32,000 nucleotides of DNA from Candidatus Methylomirabilis oxygeniifera (GTDB lineage Bacteria > Methylomirabilota > Methylomirabilia > Methylomirabilales > Methylomirabilaceae): assembly GCA_000091165.1 (NCBI GenBank), contig FP565575.1:2400001-2432000 (forward strand), written 5' to 3'. Shown here one piece after another: positions 18,114 to 27,128 of the stretch; the first letter of the stretch is position 1, and every line of letters starts with the position of its first letter. A program made the position numbers and the translations under genes. Below the pieces are notes generated by a model. It saw nothing but the letters and a program-made list of their open reading frames with translations, made no database searches and was not told the origin of the DNA.

Positions 18114-18200
18114 GCCGGGGTGGTGAAACTGGCAGACGCACGGGACTCAAAATCCCGCGGACTTCGGTCCATGAGGGTTCGACCCCCTCCCCCGGCACCA
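18114..18200 (+). tRNA. tRNA-Leu (anticodon CAA), CCA encoded
   Basis: GCCGGGG...CCCCGGC acceptor stem + ACCA; anticodon arm CGGGA-CUCAAAA-UCCCG; long variable arm; GGTTCGACCCC T-arm. Confidence 0.96.
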
Positions 18201-18516
18201 CTCTTTTCCATACGTTAGACGCTTTTGTCCTGGTAACGCCCACGGCGAACAGCCGATTGTGTAGCACTTCTGTCACTCTTCTTGTCGACCGCCACGATCA
18301 CCTTTCGTTGGCCTGCTGTCTTCCGCCCTGCTTGGCGGTCAGCCATCGTTGCAGACCTTGCTTACTAAAGCGCAATACTTTGCGGCTCAGCTTCCAAGCG
18401 AAGGCGAGCCGACGACGGGCAATACGATCACATCGTGACTCGTCCCCGCATGACATTCGTTTTGACAACGCAAAAAGAACCCACCCCCGTTAAGTAATCG
18501 CCGAACCTGTGGGACG

Positions 18517-18543
18517 CGTGGGAAAGCCGGCGGCTTTCCCACG
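18517..18543. repeat. Perfect inverted repeat, 12-bp stem with 3-nt loop (CGTGGGAAAGCC-GGC-GGCTTTCCCACG)
   Basis: Direct reading of sequence; flanked by a further 6-bp complementary pair GGACGC (18512-18517) / GCGTCC (18553-18558). Confidence 0.9.
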
Positions 18544-18614
18544 CTGCAGTGGGCGTCCGCGTGTTATGCGGAGATCGGACGTCAGCGAAAATATCCCCTT
18601 GAGAAAGCCCGTGT

Positions 18615-18644
18615 TTGACATCACTGTGTTAGCCCCCCTATACT
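18615..18644 (+). promoter_or_regulatory. Consensus-like sigma70-type promoter TTGACA-N18-TATACT
   Basis: TTGACA 18615-18620, TATACT 18639-18644; -10 ends 10 nt before the ABC-F ATG. Confidence 0.75.
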
Positions 18645-18654
18645 GCTATCATCT

Positions 18655-20622
18655 ATGATCTCAATTCAACAGGTGTCAAAACGCTTCGGCGGCCGCACGC
18701 TGTTCAGGGAGGTCTCCCTTCGGATCGGCCTTGAGGATCGGGTCGCGCTGGTGGGACCCAACGGAGCGGGGAAAACGACACTCCTGGAAATGATCGCGGG
18801 GAATATCTCTCCCGACAGCGGCATGATCGCGATCAACAACAAGGCCGTCATCGGCTACCTGACCCAGGAGCTGGAGACCCATCAGGGCAAGTCCCTGCTT
18901 GAAGAGGTGCTGACCGGCGGCTCGGAGGCGTCGTCTATCGAACGCCATCTTCGTCTTCTGGAGGAGGAGATCGCCACGGCCACACCGGAGGCGGTAGACG
19001 ACCTGTTGTCCCATTATGGTGCGCTCCAGACCAAGTACGAACAGCTCGGCGGATACGCCCTGGAGGCCAGGGCCAAGGAGATCCTTTTCGGGCTCGGTTT
19101 CAAGGAGAAGCACCTGTCCCGACCTCTGGAGCAGTTCTCCGGTGGCCAGCGGATGCGCGCATCGTTGGCCAGGCTACTGCTCTCATCTCCAGACGCGCTG
19201 CTATTGGATGAACCTACCAACCATCTGGATCTCGAGTCGGTCGTCTGGCTGGAGCAGTTTCTGTCCGACTATGCCGGCGCGATCCTGCTTATCTCCCACG
19301 ATCGAAATTTCATGAACCGTCTGGCCAACCGGGTGGTAGAGGTGGAACAACAACAACTGGTAGCCTACACCGGAAATTACGACCAGTTCGTAGCCGCCAA
19401 GGCCGAAGCCCAGCAAATTTTAGAGGCCACCGTTCGAAACCAGCAGAAGAAGATTGAGGACACCAAGGCCTTTATCGACCGTTTCCGGTACAAGGCCACT
19501 AAGGCCCGTCAGGTCCAGAGTCGGATCAAGCTCTTGGAAAAGATGGATCAGGCGCAACTGACCCCTCAACAGAAACGGGTCCGGTTCTCATTTCCGGAGC
19601 CTCTACGGAGCGGCGAGACAGTTATCCGACTGATCGATATCGACAAATCTTATGACGGCAATCCGATTTATCGCACCCTGAATGTGGAGCTTCGCCGGGG
19701 GGAACGTGTGGCCCTGATAGGTCCCAACGGGGCGGGGAAATCTACCCTCCTCAAGCTGCTGGCAGGCGTCCTGCCGTTCGAGAAGGGCGAACGGAGGCTG
19801 GGCCACAATGTCACAACCGCCTATTATGCCCAGCACCAGTTGGAGCTGTTGAGCCCCGCCAACACCGTCCTTGACGAGATTACATCCGCCGCGCCCATGG
19901 AAGAGTCCTCATTCCTCCGGGCAATCCTGGGGCGGTTTCTCTTTTCCGGGGATGACGTCAAGAAAAAGGTGGCCGTCCTCTCCGGCGGGGAAAAGAGCCG
20001 GTTGGCCCTGGCCAAGATGTTGATCCGTCCGGCCAATCTGCTGCTGTTAGACGAACCGACGAACCATCTGGATATCCCATCCCGCGATGTGCTGGAAGAG
20101 GCGCTCCGCGACTTTTCCGGGACGATCTGCTTCATCACCCATGATCGACATTTTATCCGAGCCGTGGCCAACAAGATCGTCGATGTGCGAGACGGAGCAG
20201 CCGTACCGTATGCCGGGGATTACGATTACTACCTCCATAAGAAGCAATTGATGGCTGCTGAGGTCGCCGGCGGCCAGGCCGAACCCACTTCCGCGAAAGC
20301 CGCTACAACGTCGGCCCAGAGGCCAGGGACAAAAGAGGACAGTTCGAGGGAACGGAAGACGAAGGAACAAAAACGGGCTGAGGCTGAGGCGCGCAACCGG
20401 ATGCACCGGACGTCACACCTGCACCTGTCGTCGCTGTCCAAAATCGAGGCAGAGGTGGCTGAGGCTGAGAAGACCCTGGAGGATCTCGCTCAGGCGCTCG
20501 CCGATCCAAAGATATACCAGAATAAGGAGCGACTCTTCGAAACCCTGGACGCGCATGCTCAGGCTAAGCAAAAGCTGGAAGCACTGATGGCGGAATGGGA
20601 TCGAACATCCAGTCTGTTGTAG
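18655..20622 (+). CDS. ABC-F family ATP-binding protein (Uup/EttA-like)
   Basis: Two ATP-binding domains ([16 protein letters not shown]; [16 protein letters not shown]), two signature/Walker B regions ([22 protein letters not shown]...[11 protein letters not shown]; [16 protein letters not shown]...[11 protein letters not shown]), no TM, coiled-coil C-terminus. Confidence 0.95.
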   Translation: MISIQQVSKRFGGRTLFREVSLRIGLEDRVALVGPNGAGKTTLLEMIAGNISPDSGMIAINNKAVIGYLTQELETHQGKSLLEEVLTGGSEASSIERHLRLLEEEIATATPEAVDDLLSHYGALQTKYEQLGGYALEARAKEILFGLGFKEKHLSRPLEQFSGGQRMRASLARLLLSSPDALLLDEPTNHLDLESVVWLEQFLSDYAGAILLISHDRNFMNRLANRVVEVEQQQLVAYTGNYDQFVAAKAEAQQILEATVRNQQKKIEDTKAFIDRFRYKATKARQVQSRIKLLEKMDQAQLTPQQKRVRFSFPEPLRSGETVIRLIDIDKSYDGNPIYRTLNVELRRGERVALIGPNGAGKSTLLKLLAGVLPFEKGERRLGHNVTTAYYAQHQLELLSPANTVLDEITSAAPMEESSFLRAILGRFLFSGDDVKKKVAVLSGGEKSRLALAKMLIRPANLLLLDEPTNHLDIPSRDVLEEALRDFSGTICFITHDRHFIRAVANKIVDVRDGAAVPYAGDYDYYLHKKQLMAAEVAGGQAEPTSAKAATTSAQRPGTKEDSSRERKTKEQKRAEAEARNRMHRTSHLHLSSLSKIEAEVAEAEKTLEDLAQALADPKIYQNKERLFETLDAHAQAKQKLEALMAEWDRTSSLL

Positions 20623-20720
20623 GCACTACATCGGATAGAAACACCTTGACAGCAACGCCTTGGCCTGCACAGTATAGTTGTAGGGGGGTGGATCTTCCGA
20701 TGCGTGATGCACAGCAGCCG

Positions 20721-21350
20721 ATGACAATTCATACGTCTGGCCTCTGCCCGGCCTGTGGCGCGCGAAGGGTATCCGAGGCCAGCGCATGTTGGCAGTGCGG
20801 CGGCACATTCGCAACATCGCCGACGGCTGAGGCAGCTTCTCCGCGCTGGATCAAGTTACCGTGGGTTGGGGTGATCCCCTTTGGACTCTTCTTTTTACCT
20901 TGGACGGTCACCGGCCCATACTGGGCCCATCGGGTCGTCTCGGTTGCGGGTCTGGAGCTTGCCCTCGGCCGGACACTCAGGGGTCGTCCCGTGCTGCATG
21001 AGCCGCTCCTGTGGCTCATCCCCGTTATCTCACTCTTGCTGGCCGCGCTGTTGTTTCGGATCTACCGGCAGGCGCCCAAGTCGCAGCACTGGCTGCCCAT
21101 AGCGATCACCGCCTGGGCAGGCTTTCTACTGCTTCTCTTCAAGGCCGTACAGTGGCTATTGGGTGGTCCGTCTCCCGGAACGGTCTGGGTGGTACACTGG
21201 CTCACCAGCGAATATCTGGTCTCCAGTTCGGCCTTCTTTGTATCGGCCCTTAGCGCCACACGAACATGGATCAGCTCGAAGAGCCCCAGACCGCAGCCGT
21301 CGGCTTCTCCCTCCGAAGATGGCCCATTCGACGAAGAGCAGATTCGATAG
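20721..21350 (+). CDS. Membrane protein with N-terminal zinc-ribbon-like motif, function unknown
   Basis: CPACGARRVSEASACWQCG (CxxC-x11-CxxC) followed by hydrophobic segments; start uncertain (ATG at 20700 or 20721). Confidence 0.6.
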   Translation: MTIHTSGLCPACGARRVSEASACWQCGGTFATSPTAEAASPRWIKLPWVGVIPFGLFFLPWTVTGPYWAHRVVSVAGLELALGRTLRGRPVLHEPLLWLIPVISLLLAALLFRIYRQAPKSQHWLPIAITAWAGFLLLLFKAVQWLLGGPSPGTVWVVHWLTSEYLVSSSAFFVSALSATRTWISSKSPRPQPSASPSEDGPFDEEQIR

Positions 21351-21376
21351 TGGAAGCCAGGACGGCTACTCCGATC

Positions 21377-22933
21377 TCAATCATGGGCGAGGAGCTCACC
21401 TCCTGCTGTAAGAGGAAGTTGCAGTAACCCGCCGCTCGATCCTGGATGGGATTCAGATTGTGAGTGCTGTGGTTCAGGAACGATCAAGGGAAGCGCAATG
21501 GTGAAGCGGGTTCCGCGTCCAACCTGACTCTCAACCGAAATCTGTCCGCCGAATGTCTCGACCAGCGATTTTACCAGAGTCAGTCCCAGCCCCGCCCCCC
21601 TCCCGGATCGCGTTTTTCCGGATTCGACCCGGTAGAACCGGTCAAAGATACGGGGTAGATGTTCGGCCGCAATTCCCTGCCCGGTATCCGCAACAGCAAG
21701 CGTCACGGTGCGCTCATCCCCCTGTGCCTGAAAAGTAACTACTCCACCGGCAGGGGTATTCCGAATCGCGTTATCGAGGAGGTTTCTGACTACCATTCGC
21801 ATCGCCTCCGCATTCGCGGCAACAGGAGGCAGGTGGGATGGAACCTCAACTTTGATCAACAAGCTTGCCTCCCGAGCCAACAGCTCAGCGGCCTCCGCCA
21901 CCTCGTAACAGAGGGGAGCCAGATCGATGGGGATCCGAGGGAACGTCTGCCCTTCGTCGAGGCCGGCCAGCGTCAAGAGGTGCTCAACCAGCCGCTGGAG
22001 ATAGGCGATCTCCTTGTCCATCTGTGGCAGGTAGGTCTGGATCAGGTGCGGCTCCTGCTGCGCATGCCTCTGAAGAACCTCGAGACGTAGCCGGAGACCG
22101 GTCAACGGCGAGCGGAGCTCATGAGCCGCATTGGCGGTAAAGGCGCGCTGGCGATCTAGAAGCTGCTTCACTCGCTCGGCCATCCGGTTGAAGCTCTGCG
22201 CCAACCGCCGCACCTCCTCCGGACCGACGGATGGAACGGTTTGATTGAGATCTCCGGAAGCCACCGCCTCCGTCGCCAGTGTCAGTGCCTGGAGTGGCGT
22301 CGAAATCCACCGAGCCAAACGGAGACTCACCATGATCGTAATCATCAGGATCGCCGCGCCGGCGCCGAGAAGCCTGACCCAGGTACTTCGGATTTCAGTC
22401 TGTACGGGCGTCATCGAGACGGAGACGCGCACAATACCTTGCAAGACGACCTTCTGCACGCCACCGCCAAAAAACGGAACGATGGCCGTCAGCCGCCTCT
22501 CGAGGAACTGCTGATCCCAGTGGATATCCACGCCGATCCGCCCTTCTCGGGCATCTGTCAGTACGGCAGGATTGGGTAATGCGTCAGCGGCCGGCCGCTC
22601 GTCGGAACTAACGGCAGACCCGGTTGAGGGATCGATGACGACGATTCGTGCGCTCAAATCATGGGCAGAGGTACGAAGCCACGAACGAAATGAGCTGTCA
22701 GTGAAGCGCACCCGATGCTCGCGAAACTCGTGGGCAGCCTGGGCGAGCATCATCCCTCTCAGGGATAGTTCCCGCTTCGCCTGCTCTACGATCGCCCATT
22801 GGAGACTGTAGCCGACAACGACAATCAGTCCGCCGACCCCGAACAGCACCAGCAGCAGGTACGTCAGGACGAGGTAGCTATTGACGCGACCGCTCGTTTT
22901 CAGGCGTCTGAGGATCGGTAAATCGGTACCCAT
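21377..22933 (-). CDS. Sensor histidine kinase (HAMP, HisKA, HATPase)
   Basis: HAMP region, H-box FTANAAHELRSPLTGLRLRLE, N-box NLLDNAIRNTP, G-boxes DTGQGI and GAGLGLTLVKSL. Confidence 0.94.
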   Translation of the reverse strand: MGTDLPILRRLKTSGRVNSYLVLTYLLLVLFGVGGLIVVVGYSLQWAIVEQAKRELSLRGMMLAQAAHEFREHRVRFTDSSFRSWLRTSAHDLSARIVVIDPSTGSAVSSDERPAADALPNPAVLTDAREGRIGVDIHWDQQFLERRLTAIVPFFGGGVQKVVLQGIVRVSVSMTPVQTEIRSTWVRLLGAGAAILMITIMVSLRLARWISTPLQALTLATEAVASGDLNQTVPSVGPEEVRRLAQSFNRMAERVKQLLDRQRAFTANAAHELRSPLTGLRLRLEVLQRHAQQEPHLIQTYLPQMDKEIAYLQRLVEHLLTLAGLDEGQTFPRIPIDLAPLCYEVAEAAELLAREASLLIKVEVPSHLPPVAANAEAMRMVVRNLLDNAIRNTPAGGVVTFQAQGDERTVTLAVADTGQGIAAEHLPRIFDRFYRVESGKTRSGRGAGLGLTLVKSLVETFGGQISVESQVGRGTRFTIALPLIVPEPQHSQSESHPGSSGGLLQLPLTAGGELLAHD

Positions 22934-23618
22934 AGCCCCTCACAGTCTGGATGTACTCTGGCGCCGACGGATTCTTCTCAATCTTTTCCCGCAGCCATCG
23001 AATATAGACATCGAGGGTCTTCGGGTCCCCAACCCAATCTTCCCCCCAAATCCGATCCAGGATCTCATGACGCGAGAGCGCCTTGCCGACGTGCTCCATC
23101 AGGAGCCATAACAACTCGAACTCCCGCCAACTCAACTCGAGCTTTTTCTTCTTCCGCCACACCTCGCGCGCCACGCGGTCGATCACGATCGACGTGATCG
23201 CTATGCGGTCGCGGTCCCCGGATGGGAGGGCATCGCCCCGATCCAGCTGGCGACGTCGTAGGATCGCCTGGATGCGCGCAACCAGTTCCTGGAAACTGAA
23301 CGGCTTAACGATGTAATCATCGGCCCCGCCCTGTAACCCCCTGACCCGATCCAACTCCTGCCCTTTAGCGGTCAGCATCACGATCGGGACGACGGATTCT
23401 CGACGGATCAGCTCACACACCTCCAAGCCGCTCAGCTTCGGCAACATGATATCGAGCAGCACCACGTCAGGTTTCGCTGTCAAAGCCAGCGCTTTGCCCT
23501 GGAGCCCATCACCGGCATGCAGGACATGAAATCCCTCTCTTCGCAATCCGAAGATTAACGGTTCGGCGATCGAGGCATCGTCTTCGATCAGCAATACCGT
23601 GGGAGCATTGTGAATCAT
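22878..23618 (-). CDS. OmpR/PhoB-family response regulator
   Basis: VLLIEDDASIAEPL, DVVLLDIMLPKLSG, IVMLTAKG, DDYIVKPF receiver; winged-helix C-terminus ELSWREFELLWLLMEHVGKALSRHEILDRIWG...VRGYGYRF. Confidence 0.95.
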   Translation of the reverse strand: MIHNAPTVLLIEDDASIAEPLIFGLRREGFHVLHAGDGLQGKALALTAKPDVVLLDIMLPKLSGLEVCELIRRESVVPIVMLTAKGQELDRVRGLQGGADDYIVKPFSFQELVARIQAILRRRQLDRGDALPSGDRDRIAITSIVIDRVAREVWRKKKKLELSWREFELLWLLMEHVGKALSRHEILDRIWGEDWVGDPKTLDVYIRWLREKIEKNPSAPEYIQTVRGYGYRFTDPQTPENERSRQ

Positions 23619-23770
23619 CGCTTACCTCAGGCGTAGACGATAAGGCCTCTGTACAGCATGAACTTCATACCCCTTGAGCTCCGGAAAGTCAACGATCAAG
23701 GACGGGAGCGCGGGATCCTTGTCATCCCGCGGAACAGATCCTTCTGTCTGGTTCTACTTCGACTAGAAAA

Positions 23771-23813
23771 GCACACAAGGGAACCGAGATGATGCTCCGG
23801 CTCCCTTGTGTGC
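23771..23813 (-). terminator. Likely rho-independent terminator of the Asp-rich protein gene
   Basis: 12-bp inverted repeat GCACACAAGGGA (23771-23782) / TCCCTTGTGTGC (23802-23813) with partial inner pairing; on the minus strand the hairpin is followed by TTTTC. Confidence 0.75.
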
Positions 23814-23842
23814 GCCCCCTGTTGGGTGGTAGGTTCAAACGT

Positions 23843-24568
23843 TTACTTGATCACAAAGGTTCCCTCTAGAAACTCCGTATCCAGCGTGCGATCCGCCGGG
23901 TTCTTGTCTGCCTCGCTTGGATCGACAAGGATCGCCGTCGCCACATCGCCTGCCTGCGCATCCGGGATGCCCAAATCGATGACGGCATTGCCCGCCGCAT
24001 CGGCGTTCGCCAGGTTGATGTCGCACACACCATGCTTTACCAGCACAACTCCCTTCTTCCTGAGCACCTTGAGCGCCACCTCTACCTTATACTCAGCCTG
24101 AGCTCCGTAGTGATTATCGTCATCATCGTCATCATCGTTGTGATCATCGCGACTGTCGACGTAATTGTAGCTATCATGATCGTCGAACCCGTCGAACTCA
24201 AGGTGGCACTCGGCAAACTCGGTACCATCCGCGTGGCTCAGGATCATTCGGATGTCGGCATCCGTTGCAGTGGCCTGATCGACAATCCCTAGACCGGACA
24301 TCGGATCGACCGGCACCTTCACCGCGCCCTCAAATTCATCCTTCTTGACGACCCCTCTTTTGGTTTCCTTCTCATGCTTCGCTTCTCCCTCGGCATTCGG
24401 CTCCGGAGAGGTGTCCCATGGCCCCAGATGTGCTCCGACCTTGACCTCGGAACTCGGCTTGGCCTTGTTGATTTTCTTCGCGTGACTGATATCCGCAAAC
24501 ATGAAAACCGACACAGCAAGTGAAAGGATGGTCACTAAGAGGCTCTTGTGTGACATTTGCATCGCCAT
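23843..24568 (-). CDS. Secreted protein of unknown function with an Asp-rich low-complexity segment
   Basis: Signal peptide (SLLVTILSLAVSVFMFADISHA); internal DDHDSYNYVDSRDDHNDDDDDDDNHY; followed by a typical terminator. Confidence 0.75.
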   Translation of the reverse strand: MAMQMSHKSLLVTILSLAVSVFMFADISHAKKINKAKPSSEVKVGAHLGPWDTSPEPNAEGEAKHEKETKRGVVKKDEFEGAVKVPVDPMSGLGIVDQATATDADIRMILSHADGTEFAECHLEFDGFDDHDSYNYVDSRDDHNDDDDDDDNHYGAQAEYKVEVALKVLRKKGVVLVKHGVCDINLANADAAGNAVIDLGIPDAQAGDVATAILVDPSEADKNPADRTLDTEFLEGTFVIK

Positions 24569-24928
24569 ACTCCTCCTATAATGTAATGGGTTTACGGGGC
24601 CGGATAGCCCAACACTATTGTCGGGATGCGCATTAAGGATGCAAGTTCGCTACCACACACCTCATCTGCACACGCACACCAAGGATCTCTTTACAATTCA
24701 ACGAGTTCGAACGACTCATGACTCTAGTAGACTACAACGGCGAGACCCTTTTTTCACAGGAAAGCGACAATAAATATCATTTTTACCTCATCGCGTCATT
24801 GCGTTCTGGTCCCTCTTGCGTCTTTGCTGTTGCTTGCATTATTCATCCGTGTCGTCACCTCCTCTCCTTTCCTGCAACAGCGACGAGAAGAGTATGATAA
24901 GAACGGCGTGAGCCGTCATCAAAGTTCG

Positions 24929-24956
24929 TTTAAGTAAACGTTAAGAAACGGTTAAA
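24929..24956. promoter_or_regulatory. Three TTAA half-sites at 11-bp spacing, candidate OmpR/PmrA-type regulator binding site
   Basis: TTAA at 24930, 24941 and 24952: gTTTAAGTAAACGTTAAGAAACGGTTAAA. Confidence 0.5.
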
Positions 24957-24999
24957 CCGGGCCGTATGGACGGAGGCCCGGAACGATCAACAACCACCC

Positions 25000-25311
25000 C
25001 TACCGTTGAGGCGGTAGCGAGCGATGTCGATCACTGGGCGCATCGGTGATGGTATTGAGCAGAAGCGTGGTCTCCTGCATACAATGCGACATCTGAACGA
25101 TTTCCCCTGTCAGCCTGACCCGGTCTCCGTCCTTGAAGCTCTTGAGATCGCCGATCAGCGTATAACGTTCTCCACTTTCCGCCTGAAACAGTTGGCATTC
25201 CACACCACCAGAAATGAGGGTGCCTGTACGCTCTAGGGTCATCGCGTCCTGTCCTGATGCGGGGAGTACATTCGAGAGCGCAATCATGCAGGCGAGGGCT
25301 CCGATCCCCAT
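25000..25311 (-). CDS. Small secreted OB-fold-like protein (DUF5818-like)
   Basis: Signal peptide MGIGALACMIALSNVLPASGQ; GTLISGGVECQLFQAESGERYTLIGDLKSFKDGDRVRLTGEIVQMSHCMQETTLLL. Start chosen at internal ATG (25311). Confidence 0.6.
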   Translation of the reverse strand: MGIGALACMIALSNVLPASGQDAMTLERTGTLISGGVECQLFQAESGERYTLIGDLKSFKDGDRVRLTGEIVQMSHCMQETTLLLNTITDAPSDRHRSLPPQR

Positions 25312-25441
25312 ACCGGTCTCCTTTTCAGAAAGGGGGAAGAGATCGGGCCAATGCCACATTGAGGTACCGGCCCCCTGCGTAGGAACATATGCGATACTCA
25401 GATGGCCGAGGTTAGTCGAGAACCGTGAAGCCGGTCTCACG

Positions 25442-26830
25442 CTATTCGCCGACCGATGTGGAGGCGCGGATCAGTCCTTCGACGGGCGCACTGACCGACA
25501 GGGTCGTGATGGTGAAGCCGGCCGCGGTGGAGCCGCCAGGGACCGTGATAGTCGCCGGGACGGATACAACCAGGTTCGTTGTCATGAGGTTCACGAGCTG
25601 CCCGCCGTCCGGCGCCGGTCCCGCAAGCACCACTGTGCCGGTAGCGCTCTGCCCTCCCACAACCGCCTCTGGACTTACTCGCAACTCGGTCAGCGCCTGC
25701 GGTACGGCGGGACCCGGTTCAGGTGTCGGCGGCGTGGGCGGAGTGGGCGCTGGTACGAGGGGCGCTTGCGGCGGAACCAGCGGCGTCGCTGGGGCGACAG
25801 GATTAGCGGTCATGACCACCATGCCGTCGGCGCGGATGTAGGCAAGGCCCATCCCGTCCGGGGTGAAGGCTAAGCCGTTCACATCGGCCGTACCTACGGT
25901 GTACTGCTTCATAAGCGCGCCGTCGGATAAACGGTAGATACGGATCTGATCACTATACAGCGAGATGGCGGCGTACTTGCCGTCTACAGAAAGCGCGAAG
26001 GCGCGTACCTGCTGGCCGCCGTTATCGTAGATCTTGATGGCTTTGAGGAGTACGCCATCGGATGCGCGGAACACCTTGATAATCGCCGCGGAGGTAGGTA
26101 CGCCGTCGACGCCGCCAGGAATGGATCCTGAGGTCACGAGCTTGGCGCCGTCCGGCGTAAAGGCTACGCCGCGGTCGCCCGACCACGGCAAGAATGCCCG
26201 CTTCAGTGTGAACGTGCCGGTGTCATACATCCTAGCATACGAGTTTTGTCCATTACTGACGAGGTACTTGCCGTCCGGCGAAAACGCGACTGAGCCGTTT
26301 TGGAGCGGCCACGAGTAGATGACTGAATCGCTCGCCAGATCCCACAGCTTCAACTCCGCCATCATGTCGCCGGACACGAGTCTGGCGGCATCCGCCGAGA
26401 AGGCCAGCGCCCATATCTGCCACTTGTGCTCATTCATCGTCTCGCGCACCGAGCCGTCGGACGTTTCGTACAGATCCAGTCGTGAGGCGGTCCACCAACC
26501 CGTGTCGGGATCCTTGGTCACCTGCGCGGCCGCAATGACGTCACCGGCTGGGGATACGGCAATTGCCTCCGCCTTATTCGGAATGCTCAGCCGGACTTCA
26601 CCCGTCGCCGGATCGAGGACCATGATCTCATTGCCCGAGGCCACGAGCGTCGAGCCGTCTCTTGAGATACCGATTGCGCTACCCACCGTGAACGCCTGCT
26701 GTTGCCACACGATCGCGGGCGCTTCTTGCGCAACCGCCTGGGGGGCTAACACCCACGTCCCGAGTAAGGCAATGCCGATTCCCAACCAACGAGTTATGCT
26801 CTGCTTGAACGAGACACTTGCTACTACCAT
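25442..26830 (-). CDS. Secreted WD40/beta-propeller repeat protein with proline-rich linker and C-terminal Ig-like domain
   Basis: Signal peptide (GTWVLAPQAVAQ); repeated ALAFSADAARLVSGDMMAELKLWDLAS / VAFSPDGKYLVSNGQNSYARMYDTG / VAFTPDGAKLV units; PTPPTPPTPEPGP linker; SPEAVVGGQSATGTVVLAGPAPDGG domain. Confidence 0.85.
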   Translation of the reverse strand: MVVASVSFKQSITRWLGIGIALLGTWVLAPQAVAQEAPAIVWQQQAFTVGSAIGISRDGSTLVASGNEIMVLDPATGEVRLSIPNKAEAIAVSPAGDVIAAAQVTKDPDTGWWTASRLDLYETSDGSVRETMNEHKWQIWALAFSADAARLVSGDMMAELKLWDLASDSVIYSWPLQNGSVAFSPDGKYLVSNGQNSYARMYDTGTFTLKRAFLPWSGDRGVAFTPDGAKLVTSGSIPGGVDGVPTSAAIIKVFRASDGVLLKAIKIYDNGGQQVRAFALSVDGKYAAISLYSDQIRIYRLSDGALMKQYTVGTADVNGLAFTPDGMGLAYIRADGMVVMTANPVAPATPLVPPQAPLVPAPTPPTPPTPEPGPAVPQALTELRVSPEAVVGGQSATGTVVLAGPAPDGGQLVNLMTTNLVVSVPATITVPGGSTAAGFTITTLSVSAPVEGLIRASTSVGE

Positions 26831-27017
26831 TACTACTGCTCCTTTCCCCGAGACATCATCGCCGCGGGTCTCTTACGTACCGATCCAATGAACCGTGAAA
26901 CGATACTGCGGACTTCACTGCTCTCTTGCCTTCCTTGATTGTTTAATAGGTCGGCGTTCGAGCGGGGGGCGTGAGAAGAGCGTACAACGAGCCGCATGGA
27001 CTATGGTAAAGATCGAC

Positions 27018-27044
27018 CTAAAAAGAGCTTAAGAAAAGGTTAAT
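27018..27044. promoter_or_regulatory. Phased half-sites CTAA/TTAA/TTAA at 11-bp spacing, second candidate site
   Basis: CTAA 27018, TTAA 27029, TTAA 27040; core TTAAGAAAAGGTTAA matches 14/15 nt of TTAAGAAACGGTTAA at 24941-24955. Confidence 0.5.
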
Positions 27045-27128
27045 CGCCGGCGATTTGTGGGCATGAAGCAAGGCCGTCCGCCGATCGCCGGCCCTCTTTA
27101 CTATCGATTAGAAAGTCGTTCGTAATGG

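Noticed and set aside
18257-18493. 78-aa plus-strand ORF after tRNA-Leu
   Set aside because: Cys/Arg-rich translation with no motifs or SD. Considered as an integrative-element remnant beside a tRNA, but no integrase and no repeated tRNA 3' end was seen nearby.
20644-20674. TTGACA...TATAGT promoter before the zinc-ribbon membrane protein
   Set aside because: Spacer is about 21 nt, outside the normal range; no firm call.
23709-23731. CGCGGGAT-N7-ATCCCGCG inverted repeat upstream of the response regulator gene as operator
   Set aside because: It also lies downstream of the Asp-rich gene terminator and there is no second copy in the window; I cannot separate an operator from a chance hairpin.
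25214-25873. 219-aa plus-strand ORF
   Set aside because: Lies opposite the proline-rich/Ig-like region of the WD40 protein; no signal peptide or recognisable domain.
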